NCBI GenBank assembly: GCA_049724395.1
Contig: JAUGWO010000038.1
Coordinates: 1 to 64,000, forward strand
Source: Spongospora subterranea f. sp. subterranea
Lineage: Eukaryota
Direction of reading: 5' to 3'
Length of the DNA stretch: 64,000 nt
Below are positions 1-9,890 of this stretch, piece after piece. Under the pieces are notes generated by a model. That model saw only the letters and a list, made by a program, of their open reading frames with translations. It ran no database searches and was not told the origin of the DNA. Within the stretch, counting starts at the first letter, position 1; each line of letters opens with the position of its first letter. Both the position numbers and the translations under genes were made by a program.

Positions 1-1188
1 ATCCACTTATAGATCTTCTCTTTGCAAATCCGGTCTCTGCATGTCTCAGGTTTTACAAGGTATCCGAAAAACAGAAGTGAGAATATCAAAATCGGTCCGT
101 CCTAACTGGGGATGCAGGAAGAACCCGATAATCATTGATCTGGCAGGCCACGTCAACTCCTTGGTTCGCCCAGATGGCAAAGGGGATACTTGGCACCTTG
201 AATGCTATACGATCCTCAATGCAGCTTTCAACTTTTGCCACTATTGATTTTAACACGGATTCGACAATCGCGTAATCGTGGCACACTTGTTTGCGACGAG
301 CATGATCTTCACTGAGCTGAAGTTGCTCAAGACGAGATGCATCATGTGCAGCCGCTGCTTCTTTATCAACACCGATCAAAGAAGCCCAGAGCGCGACAAC
401 CTTAGATTTTTTACGTGTGCAATTTCTGCAGCTGGGCGGAAGAAGATTTCGATTTCACGTTCCGATGTACAATGGGTACACCAGGTGATAATCTTTTGCG
501 TTTTCCAGCCGCCGAAATGGGCTTGAAATAACCAACGATTGAATTTTGCACCATGACTTTGTCGGTGAAGATGCAGCTCGTTGAGAAACTTGCTCACATT
601 TCTTAGCATCAACCATTACAAGATTCGTAACTTCGTGTAAAATCGCAAAATGGTTCAGCTGGTAAACAGGTGTCGGAGTCAGTGGACGTTTGTACAGATG
701 ATGAAAAACATGCAGCTGAAGGCATGAAGACGACGGCGAAAAATCTGCCATGTGGTGCCTAATGAATTTCCCAATCCGGTGATTAGGTTTGAATAGGCAA
801 TAACATCAACATCAAATTTGATTGACATCATGACCATATCAAGTTCGTCGTGATTGATCCCGGACGGCGTAAATGGCGCAGAATATCTTCGAAGCAAATC
901 GGGGAATAAGAACGCGCCTCATGCAATAATGACACTGCTTTCTCTGCAGAAATCCGACCAATTCCCATTCCGAACGTAAAAACTTCTTCACGAAGGGCAT
1001 CATGGGTGGCGATTGGAAAAATCCCGCCTCTAATAGCAGCATGGTAAAAGCAATATCCATCACCTAACTCTTCACATGAATCTAAAGCGACAAATCACAT
1101 TATAAAATAATCAACCTGGCACGTCTTCTGGATGAAAGCGTCGGCCTTGGTACTCAAACAATGAAAATCGGGACCACTCCGATGTCAT
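1..1188 (-). pseudogene. OTU-family cysteine protease-domain gene, frameshifted, runs off the window start
   Basis: ATG at 1188 plus removal of a 52-bp GT..AG intron (1115-1064) gives MTSEWSRFSLFEYQGRRFHPEDVPGDGYCFYHAAIRGG...THDALREEV, matching the OTU VPGDGxC catalytic motif and the following HxxLR helix. Downstream frames give LDMVMMSIKFDVDVIAYS and LHVFHH..NHFAIL (candidate catalytic His). Several frame changes occur. Confidence 0.7.
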
Positions 1189-1638
1189 ATTGCAACTAAA
1201 CCTTGGAAACGAACAGATAGCAATACCTAGCGGGAATGCGAGGAATGCGTGCCAGAAGGTTGCGGGTCAGCATGTTGGGGTGGCGCAACACTTTTTTGAG
1301 GGAAAAAGGTGCGAAATGGGTCGGCGTAGGTACATTGCTGCATGAGATGCGCAATGAGCAGGCTGTGCACATATGTATCTACTCATATGTACATGGTGGG
1401 GACATTATGTAGCCAAAAAAGTCGAATTTGGTGGGTACTTGTGTGGTCAATAGCCAATGTGGGGTTATTAATGTTGTGGGTTTATTACGTGGTCTACACA
1501 GCGAATCGCGGCCAAATCGTATTATACTCCTACACAACAATAGAGGCGACACCCACAAAGGAGCGCCCCCTATAAGACTTCACAATTGCGGACTTTACAG
1601 TTCTGCGGTGGAAGATGGTCTGTATGCGGTGGTGTCTT

Positions 1639-1773
1639 CTCTCCACTCCAAAACCTTATGTACAGTCACAAATTAGTGAGAATTATTGAGCGGTGTCTTC
1701 TCTCTCCCGCGGGGAGATATTCCAGTCTCTCCACTCCAAAACCTTATGTACAGTCACAAATTAGTGAGAATTA
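1639..1773. repeat. Two-copy direct repeat TCTCTCCACTCCAAAACCTTATGTACAGTCACAAATTAGTGAGAATTA (period about 87 bp), mirrored at about 3637-3773
   Basis: Identical block read twice in each palindrome arm. Confidence 0.9.
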
Positions 1774-1793
1774 GTGAGCGAGTAGATGTGGCG

Positions 1794-1981
1794 TATCTTG
1801 TAAGAGGGATACTGCAAAATGTGGTTATCTTCGACTTTTCGACGATCGTCCGAGACTGTTCGGGTTGATGGCACTGTTCCAACTCCACTATCTTGTAAGA
1901 GGGATACTGCAAAATGTGGTTATCTTCGATTTTCGACGATCGTCCGAGACTGTTCGGGTTGATGGCACTGTTCCAACTCCA
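1794..1981. repeat. About 95-bp tandem repeat: 2 copies in the left arm, 3 copies in the right arm (about 3343-3622)
   Basis: Unit TATCTTGTAAGAGGGATACTGCAAAATGTGGTTATCTTCG...GCACTGTTCCAACTCCA read directly in both arms. Confidence 0.92.
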
Positions 1982-2055
1982 ACTTGTCTTGACCAAGATG
2001 TAAATCCTGACGATCTGTTGAGGCTGGTGACGATCCCTCGTATGAACTTGTTGAA

Positions 2056-2836
2056 ATGGGGTGTGTCGATGATGTTCAACATGGTGTTGAGTGTCCATCG
2101 CAAACCATAGCTTCGCATAAATGCATCGCGGTCGGTTCGCGCTTTGCCACATGTGAAGTCATGCTGTCCACTGTGAAGGAACTTTCGCGTTCCATCGGAT
2201 TCCGGGTTGGCGTTAACCCACACTTTTTCACCAAGGATGATCCCCATCCGATCCATGGCCCGTGCGTTAAAATCTGGCAGCGAGGAAACATCTATTGCAC
2301 ATTCAAGGATCCCGTTGTCAAAACGGAAAAAAGAGGGATCAAGTCAACTTGTACTTGGTCAATTGGTTTTACCTTTGATAGACTCTCGTCAGATTACAAT
2401 ATCACGAGCAGCTGCCAAGACCACAATCATGAGATTGATAATTGTAATATAACTCCCGTCGGTGGACTGAAACAAGTAACTCTTGACGTGGATCTGAATG
2501 CAAGCGAGCGTGAATCAATTCATAGTTTTGCTCGCTACAATTTACCTTTGTCTAAGGTAATCGTTGTTTTGCACTTCTAGAGTAAATAAGATTACTGTGA
2601 GCTCATCCAATCAGGTTAGGGAAATTTTGGAGGGATCAAATCCTGGTAAAACGTATTCGACTGGCCTTTTGTCCAGGTCAATCCGACGCGGGGAAAGAAT
2701 TACATTTCGGCAAAAATCCGGATTGTATGACCAAGTTCATGGAAGCGGGCTATGATCTTCGGGCTGCTGGAGGTGCAAAACAAGTATGCTATAGACATGT
2801 CGCAGCGTTTATCAACTGTTTATTTGCAGGTGTTAA
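2056..2836 (+). pseudogene. Truncated FAR1/WRKY-GCM1-type zinc-finger gene, probably the N-terminal part of a Mutator (MULE) transposase
   Basis: KELSRSIGFRV...IYC...STCTWSIGF...CQDHNHEI has the GF-x-V / C / C / HNH layout of FAR1 DNA-binding domains. A probable intron at about 2557-2614 (GTAATC..AATCAG) leads into VREILEGSNPGKTYS. The gene is cut off at the palindrome centre and no DDE domain is seen. The start is not resolved. Confidence 0.55.
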
Positions 2837-3290
2837 TCAGATCCACGTCAAGAGTTACTTGTTTCAGTCCACCGACGGGAGTTATATTACAATTATCAAT
2901 CTCATGATTGTGGTCTTGTGATATTGTAATCTGACGAGAGTCTATCAAAAGTAAAACCAATCGACCAAGTACAAGTTGGCTTGATCCCTCTTTTTTCCGT
3001 TTCGACAACGGGATCCTTGAATGTGCAATAGATGTTTCCTCGCTGCCAGATTTTAACGCACGGGCCATAAATCGGATGGGGAATATCCTTGGTGAAAAAG
3101 TGTGGGTTAACGCCAACCCGGAATCCGATGGAACGCGAAAGTTCCTTCACAGTGGACAGCATGACTTCACATGTGGCAAAGCGCGAACCGACCGCGATGC
3201 ATTTATGCGAAGCTATGGTTTGCGATGGACACTCAACACCATCTTGAACATCATCGACACACCCCATTTCAACAAGTTCATACGAGGGAT
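2837..3290 (-). pseudogene. Inverted partial copy of the FAR1/MULE-type zinc-finger gene
   Basis: ORF 2902..3411 - carries the same peptide as 2056..2580 +, with a small deletion before QDHNH. Confidence 0.55.
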
Positions 3291-4360
3291 CGTCACCAGC
3301 CTCAACACGATCGTCAGGATTTACATCTTGGTCAAGACAAGTTGGAGTTGGAACAGTGCCATCAACCCGAACAGTCTCGGACGATCGTCGAAAAATCGAA
3401 GATAACCACATTTTGCAGTATCCCTCTTACAAGTGGAGTTGGAACAGTGCCATCAACCCGAACAGTCTCGGACGATCGTCGAAAAATCGAAGATAACCAC
3501 ATTTTGCAGTATCCCTCTTACAAGATAGTGGAGTTGGAACAGTGCCATCAACCCGAACAGTCTCGGACGATCGTCGAAAAATCGAAGATAACCACATTTT
3601 GCAGTATCCCTCTTACAAGATACGCCACATCGCTCACTAATTCTCACTAATTTGTGACTGTACATAAGGTTTTGGAGTGGAGAGACTGGAATATCTCCCC
3701 GCGGGGAGAGAAGACACCACCGCTCAATAATTCTCACTAATTTGTGACTGTACATAAGGTTTTGGAGTGGAGAGAAGACACCACCGCATACAGACCATCT
3801 CCACCGCAGAACTGTAAAGTCCGCAATTGTGAAGTCTTATAGGGGGCGCTGGCGCTCCCTTGTGGGTGTCGCCTATTGTTGTGTAGGAGTATAATACGAT
3901 TTGGCCGCGATTCGCTGTGTAGACCACGTAATAAAGCCACAGCATTAATAACCCCACATTGGCTATTGACCACACAAGTACCCACCAAAGGCACCATGTA
4001 CATATGAGTAGATACATATGTGCACAGCCTCTCAGATTGCGCATCTCATGCAGCAATGTACCTACGCCGACCCATTTCGCACCTTTTTCCCTCAAAAAAG
4101 TGTTGCGCCACCCCAACATGCTGACCCGCAACCTTATGGCACGCATTCCTCGCATTCCCGCTAGGTATTGCTATCTGTTCGTTTTCCAAGGTTTAGTTGC
4201 AATATGACATCGGAGTGGTCCCGATTTTCATTGTTTGAGTACCAAGGCCGACGCTTTCATCCAGATGACGTGCCAGGTTGATTATTTTATAATGTGATTT
4301 GTCGATCTTTAGATTCATGTGAAGAGTTAGGTGATGGATATTGCTTTTACCATGCTGCTA

Positions 4361-5763
4361 CAGTGCGGGACATCTAGTCTCGACAAATTTCCAAGGATTT
4401 TTTGTATGGCAGCTGGCACGGAATTCTCAACCGCCGCACTACAATAAGCCGGGTATTGAACATCGTTATCACATAGATATCATCGAGACCAACAATTTGA
4501 CGATTTGAATTTTGTCATAAGTCAAAAACTCAGTGCGGAGTTCACGTTTGAAAATTCACTTTTTTAAAAATTGGCCAGTGGTGAAAATATATGCGTACAA
4601 ATCTGCGTGCGCATCTTTATAGCTGCGTGTGTCACGAAACATATAAATGCGTACGTCGCATTCTATAAAATGCGACAGTAAACCTAATTGCACGTTGTGA
4701 CTTGTATTGTTTGCAAATGAAGCAGCTACTTGACCTTCAGACCATTCTTGTAGCGTCTCCAAAGCGAATTGCCAGCCGAAACCATTTGCGGTCAAAGGCT
4801 AATGGAATTTCATCCAGGATCTGTGGCGCCCTGTTACGTAAGCCGGGAAACGGATAATCGCATTGTTCGCGGCAAATAACTTTGCCCTTCCCCATGCCAT
4901 TTCTATTGGGTTTAACTCACATGGACTTTTGGCAAAATTCTGATGAAAACTCTGCTTTCAATTGCAAAATTCGGGTCAGACAGCATGTAGGGATTTCTGG
5001 ATTCTTGAGTTTGTTAGTTTTGCAGTCTTTACAAATACCAATGCATTTGCGATGTTCTGGGAGAAGCCCCCGTTCTTGTACAAGTACAACATGCGACATT
5101 CCTTTTGCTTGTGGGAATAATCGTTCAGGAAAACCATTGATTGTGGAACAGAAGTCGGGTCAATCTGATTTCGCTAAATGCATACAGTATATAATTAGTT
5201 TATGGCCGCAATTCGACGATAAATATTTCTAACCTGGTGAGCGGAAATGAAGAAAGTATCGCGCATTAAAGGGTGTTTGCCTCCGGGATTCACGTTCATG
5301 GAAATCTGAACTGCACAGATTTTCAACGAGGTGCAGTGAATCATGTTCTTGTTTGTTGCGACAAGCAAGTTTCCTTGTCGTCGTCTTGCAGCCTCTGCAG
5401 CAGCAGTACGTTTTCCGACATCGTAAGCGGGGCATCACAAGCAAACCGTATCGTTTATATGCTTTCCTCAGGAATGTTCGGTAGGTAAACATCGACAAAG
5501 TGGGTTTAATCGACTGGTGCATAAACTCTATATATTTAGAAAGAGAATTTCATTCCCTATTCAGCAAGCTGTCTGACGGAGCAATATTGAGGGAGTTCTA
5601 TAAATAGCTTTTGATTTTTTGAAAATTGGCCGGAGTGTACATATGGGGAAAGCAGCTTGTTAGATTCGTTTTTTCAAGGCGCATCTTTTTTGCTAACATA
5701 GTTTGGCCTCTACTCCACTTGAAAGGCCCGTAAAAATTTGTCGAGACTAGATGTCCCGCACTG
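4361..5763 (-). mobile_element. Tc1/mariner-IS630-superfamily DNA transposon, 1403 bp, defective
   Basis: Perfect 30-bp TIRs CAGTGCGGGACATCTAGTCTCGACAAATTT (4361-4390; reverse complement 5734-5763), with TA on both flanks (4359-4360, 5764-5765). The empty site GCTGC-TA-TTAGAG is present in the other arm at about 1028-1040. Confidence 0.95.
4738..5299 (-). pseudogene. Degenerate IS630/Tc1-like (DDE_3-type) transposase C-terminal fragments
   Basis: Frameshifted motifs MNVNPGGKHPLMRDT, KGM..VLVQERGL, TCCLTRILQ, LPK..ELNPIEMAWGRAK and CREQCDY, which I recognise from eukaryotic IS630-like transposases. The N-terminal catalytic part appears deleted. Confidence 0.8.
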
Positions 5764-6647
5764 TATTAGAGGCGGGATTTTTCCAATCGCCACCCATGAT
5801 GCCCTTCGTGAAGAAGTTTTTACGTTCGGAATGGGAATTGGTCGGATTTCTGCAGAGAAAGCAGTGTCATTATTGCATGAGGCGCGTTCTTATTCCCCGA
5901 TTTGCTTCGAAGATATTCTGCGTCATTTACGCCGTCCGGGATCAATCACGACGAACCTTGATATGGTCATGATGTCAATCAAATTTGATGTTGATGTTAT
6001 TGCCTATTCAAACCTAATCACCGGATTGGGAAATTCATTAGGCACCACATGGCAGATTTTTCGCCGTCGTCTTCATGCCTTCAGCTGCATGTTTTTCATC
6101 ATCTGTACAAACGTCCACTGACTCCGACACCTGTTTACCAGCTGAACCATTTTGCGATTTTACACGAAGTTACGAATCTTGTAATGGTTGATGCTAAGAA
6201 ATGTGAGCAAGTTTCTCAACGAGCTGCATCTTCACCGACAAAGTCATGGTGCAAAATTCAATCGTTGGTTATTTCAAGCCCATTTCGGCGGCTGGAAAAC
6301 GCAAAAGATTATCACCTGGTGTACCGATTGTACATCGGAACGTGAAATCGAAATCTTCTTCCGCCACTGCAGAAATTGCACACGTAAAAAATCTCAAGGT
6401 TGTCGCGCTCTGGGCTTCTTTGATCGGTGTTGATCGTCTTGAGCAACTTCAGCTCAGTGAAGATCATGCTCGTCGCAAACAAGTGTGCCACGATTACGCG
6501 ATTGTCGAATCCGTGCTTAAATCAATAGTGGCAAAAGTTGAAAGCTGCATTGAGGATCGTATAGCATTCAAGGTGCCAAGTATCCCCTTGCCATCTGGGC
6601 GAACCAAGGAGTTGACGTGGCCTGCCAGATCAATGATTATCGGGTTC

Positions 6648-6945
6648 TTCCTGCATCCCCAGTTAGGACGGACCGATTTTGATATTCTCACTTCTGTTTT
6701 CGGACACCTTGTAAAACCTGAGACATGCAGAGACCGGATTTGCAAAGAGAAGATCTATAAGTGGATCGACATAGTGAGCGCAGTCACAAAGGATGATATT
6801 TTAAAATTCGTACCAAAGACAAAACGATCCACTTATAGAACTTCTCTTTGCGAAGCCAGTCTCTGCATGTCTCAGGTTTTACAAGGTGTCCAAAAACAGA
6901 AGTGAGAATATCAAAATCGGTCCGTCCTAACTGGGGATGCAGGAA
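6648..6945. repeat. Fold-back hairpin, about 121-bp arms (6648-6768 / 6825-6945), 56-bp spacer
   Basis: 6825 CGATCCACTTATAGAACTTCTC...GATGCAGGAA is the reverse complement of 6648-6768 with a few substitutions. Confidence 0.93.
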
Positions 6946-7137
6946 TAAATCACTCTTATTATAAGCTATTAAGAACTTGTGTAAACCTTTGTTTACAGAT
7001 CTTCACCTATACCACTGGCTTTACTTTCCAAAGTGACTTTGGACCTATACTGGAAAGTAAAGCCAGTGGTATAGGTGAAGATCTGTAAACAAAGGTTTAC
7101 ACAAGTTCTTAAGAGCTTATAATAAGAGTGATTTATT
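6944..7137. repeat. Near-perfect AT-rich hairpin, about 87-bp arms (6944-7030 / 7051-7137), 20-bp loop
   Basis: AATAAATCACTCTTATTATAAGC...TTACTTTCCA vs TGGAAAGTAA...GCTTATAATAAGAGTGATTTATT. The only differences I see are one substitution and a small indel near the loop. Confidence 0.95.
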
Positions 7138-7411
7138 ATCAAGGGACATAATGTAACAGGACTGAGAGTACAGAGGGCTAGCTGTATGGATGTACTAAGG
7201 GCTGGCTGTAGTACATTCCCCTCTTTCATAAAGATTCGAGCAATGAATGTGACAAAGAGTCGGTCCTGTCACGCAATTGGTCGGATCAGGGCAAATAACT
7301 GTGCTGTAGTTATTTGGGACGCAGGTCCTCAGTCAGTTTGTCCGCCCATCGCTACTGTACTCATCTCTGGTCGTCTTCATCGTACAGTTTATCTGTTCAT
7401 TGAGAGTTAGA

Positions 7412-8307
7412 ATGGCGATGCCATCCGTTGCCATCAATGCACTACCCGCATCGTCGTCATCTACTTAAGTACTCAATACTGAGATGCACGAATCGATCCT
7501 TCGGACGCATCAACGTAGTCTGGAGATTCGCCCAAAGAATACAACCAAGGCGTATGCAAGTCGTCATTCCGAATTTCAAGCATGGTGCACTGACAAAGGT
7601 TTTTCTGATGGCAGCACGGTGACCGGAGACAAATTGTATTTGTTTTTCGATGAGAAGGTCATTGACCGACATTCCAGGAAGAGAAAAGCAACAGTGAGCG
7701 AATCGATAAGCAAGGTCGGGAAGTCCACAGTGTGCGGATACACGACTATCGACCAGATTGTCGACATCGCAACACATTTTTGGGGTAACAGCAGAGACCA
7801 CGGGCAACATCTTCGGAACCTATGTGCTGTTTTATGTCTCACTATGCACTTCTTCGAGGGGAAACCGTTCGAAATTTGGAGTTTGCGGATATGCATTCAG
7901 TACAGTTAGACAAGGAAGGGTTCTCTATTTGCTATGCATTGGTTTTAGTTCTTCGTCAGGGCAAAACAAACCAATTTGGGCGTGGGGCTTTCGTTCGCAA
8001 CAAAGACGCTCGGATCTGTCCTTGGGGTGCTCTCGGGTTTTATTTGTTTTGGCGGTTTCACGTCGAAAATGAGCCATTTCCCGTTTTCACTACGAGCGAA
8101 AACTGGTTCAATCTGAAGTTTCTTAAGAGTGGCCAAAATCCTAGAACTCCTCTCGACTACAAGACTCATAAGGAATCAATTGATTCTGCGTTCCGGTCTG
8201 TTGGATTGAATGCCAAAGCCAAGACTCACGCTGCCCGAGGTTCCGGAGCAAGGATGGCTGAATTACGTGGCGCATCCGAAGATAAGATTCGTCGTCTCGG
8301 AAGGCGG
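7412..8307 (+). mobile_element. Crypton (CryptonF/NDC10-like) tyrosine recombinase, N-terminal and catalytic part, pseudogenised
   Basis: RPKNTTKAY..EFQAWC...VTGDKLYLF; HYALLRGE (catalytic R); QGKTNQFGR (K); ICPWGALGFYLFWRF; KTHAARGSGARMAE (HxxR); IRRLGR. There is an in-frame stop near 7466 and a frame change near 7810-7830. Confidence 0.88.
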
Positions 8308-9143
8308 TCACATCGACTTTTCAGCTCTGATATGAAAATTAAATTAATTTGGTGCTGATTCGTTAAAAGTGCCTGTTCGGTTGTCCTTCCTCGCTCAGTG
8401 AAAATGCGTTTTACTATGCAAATGCACGATATGTTGGGGAGGCTAGCGATGACAAGGTCCACCACAGAATGGATTCCTCTGCTCATTTTGTACGAAACTG
8501 GGTTGGCACCATCACATTCGCCTTGCATGACCGGATGACCGACTTTGGACGACTTTCATCCCGCGATTCTTGCCATTGAGCATTGATTGTGACCGACACC
8601 CTGCCAGAAAGTAAATCCCTAAATTCTCCCGCAATGAAGCTAGACTGCGTGATATCCGATCGATTGTTGCTGTGATTGTTGTCTTCAGATCTTGATAGGC
8701 TGCATCAACCTTTTCAGACAGTGCTGGCATCACTTGATGTAGCCGACTTTCCGTTGGGTCACAAGCTTTGCTGACTGCTGTGAGTAAATCGCGGGAGAAA
8801 TTACGAAAGAAATCACAAGAGAATATATTAGCATCAGCACTCCATAAAGGATGCTCAGGATACTTCGATCTCATAAATACCGAATCCTGCAAAATCACGG
8901 TTCTGAGTCTTTGAAGGAGTTGAAGGAATCCCTTTGCCGCAATAGTCTGACAATATTCCCCGGTAGCAATCCTGTTCAGACAAGTCTCAACCATAGGAAA
9001 GAGCATCAGTTTCAGCTCTTCAGGAGGTTTTTTGCGGCACGCTGGAGATAAAAGTTTCCTTGCGCCGGAGAAAATCCGGCCAGAGTTCTGATGGCTTCTC
9101 GAGGCAGAGAAGTCACGTAGCAGTTTTCCATCGCCTGATTGTT
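8308..9143 (-). mobile_element. Inverted C-terminal half of the same Crypton recombinase (catalytic Tyr region and start of a GCR1_C-like domain)
   Basis: The minus strand from 9143 reads NNQAMENCYVTSLPREAIRTLAGF, the expected continuation of IRRLGRx. It continues LFPMVE..GFLQLLQRLRTVILQDS..YPEHPLW and YKMSRGIHSVVDL (GCR1_C-like start), after which the similarity stops. Confidence 0.85.
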
Positions 9144-9890
9144 CGAATGAGTTTTCGCGCTACTGCCAGATCAAATCATATTGTTGCGGACCGTCTCTGA
9201 AACAGAATCTCTATCGGTTTCTCACACCATCATCGCCTATATCAACACGAACTAGATATCACGGGATACTGAATGAAGAGAGAACGATTATGACAGCACA
9301 AATGTGGAGAACTGATGAGAGGCTGACACAGAGACGACCTGGAAACCAGTTCATAAAAGCCCCACTAACGCCCCAATAAACATCTGGCTCTGCGAAGTCA
9401 TCGCCTACACGCCTTTCTTTTGAATCGCGGTCCGAAAAATATCGATGCTTGTCTTCCATCATTCGCTGTCCAGTACCTGCTTCAGCACGTTGCGAGCGAA
9501 CTACCGTACAACCCATGAGTATTCCCCCACCTGCAATTCGCACGATTTTTTTTTGCAGAATAAAGGTATGACACTTGGTGCGACAATATTTTTGGCGCCA
9601 TCTTTGTTTATATCCATGGGTTCTCTGGGGTAATCACGATTCTAACGGCACTTTCCCGGAGTTCATCGGCATTTTCCTCATTAACCATTCCTCGAGGACG
9701 TGTGCAAATGCCAGACGTTTGAAAGGTATTGTACATTGACATTTGGGTGACGACAAAAAAAACAGACGAAAACAACAACCGATTTTACATGCGAAAGAAA
9801 AAATATGTAGTGGGGATATTCACCCGGGTAAACCCAGGGCAATTGTACTTCTGTCGTGGTCGAGGAGCTGCTCCAGAGCGTTGCGAGCTA

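Larger units (their letters stand above)
1..6766. repeat. Giant imperfect inverted repeat: left arm 1-2497, spacer 2498-2836, right arm 2837-6766 (right arm contains a 1403-bp insertion)
   Basis: Position 1 ATCCACTTATAGATCTTCTC is the reverse complement of the sequence ending at 6766. 1034-2497 is the reverse complement of 2837-4360. 1-1035 is the reverse complement of 5764-6766. The ORF track gives mirrored peptides (455..751 - vs 6049..6345 +; 2056..2580 + vs 2902..3411 -). The left arm runs off the window edge. Confidence 0.97.
4204..6824 (+). pseudogene. Second copy of the OTU-domain gene, interrupted by the Tc1-like element
   Basis: ATG at 4204 with the same intron gives ..HPDDVPGDGYCFYHAA. 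The insertion occupies 4361-5763 and the frame resumes IRGGIFPIATHDALREEV. Frameshifted ORFs follow (6049..6345, 6246..6905). Confidence 0.68.

Noticed and set aside
1..6766. Pure sequencing or amplification fold-back artefact
   Set aside because: The arms differ by a TSD-flanked transposon, by tandem-repeat copy number and by substitutions. Caveat: the window start falls within 2 bp of the point where the 6825 copy begins, which may mark an assembly break at a repeat branch.
6944..7137. Rho-independent terminator or tRNA/structured RNA gene
   Set aside because: The stem is about 87 bp and AT-rich with no cloverleaf, and the context is eukaryotic.
8308..9143. Programmed invertible switch (fim/hin-like)
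   Set aside because: No inverted recombination sites flank the segment, and the recombinase has a stop codon, frameshifts and Trp replaced by Arg. Kept only as a low-probability idea.
7412..9143. Functional kinetochore NDC10 gene or protelomerase
   Set aside because: It is disrupted, lies among transposon debris, and has the CryptonF layout (YR plus GCR1_C-like start). No telomere-resolvase-specific motifs were recognised.
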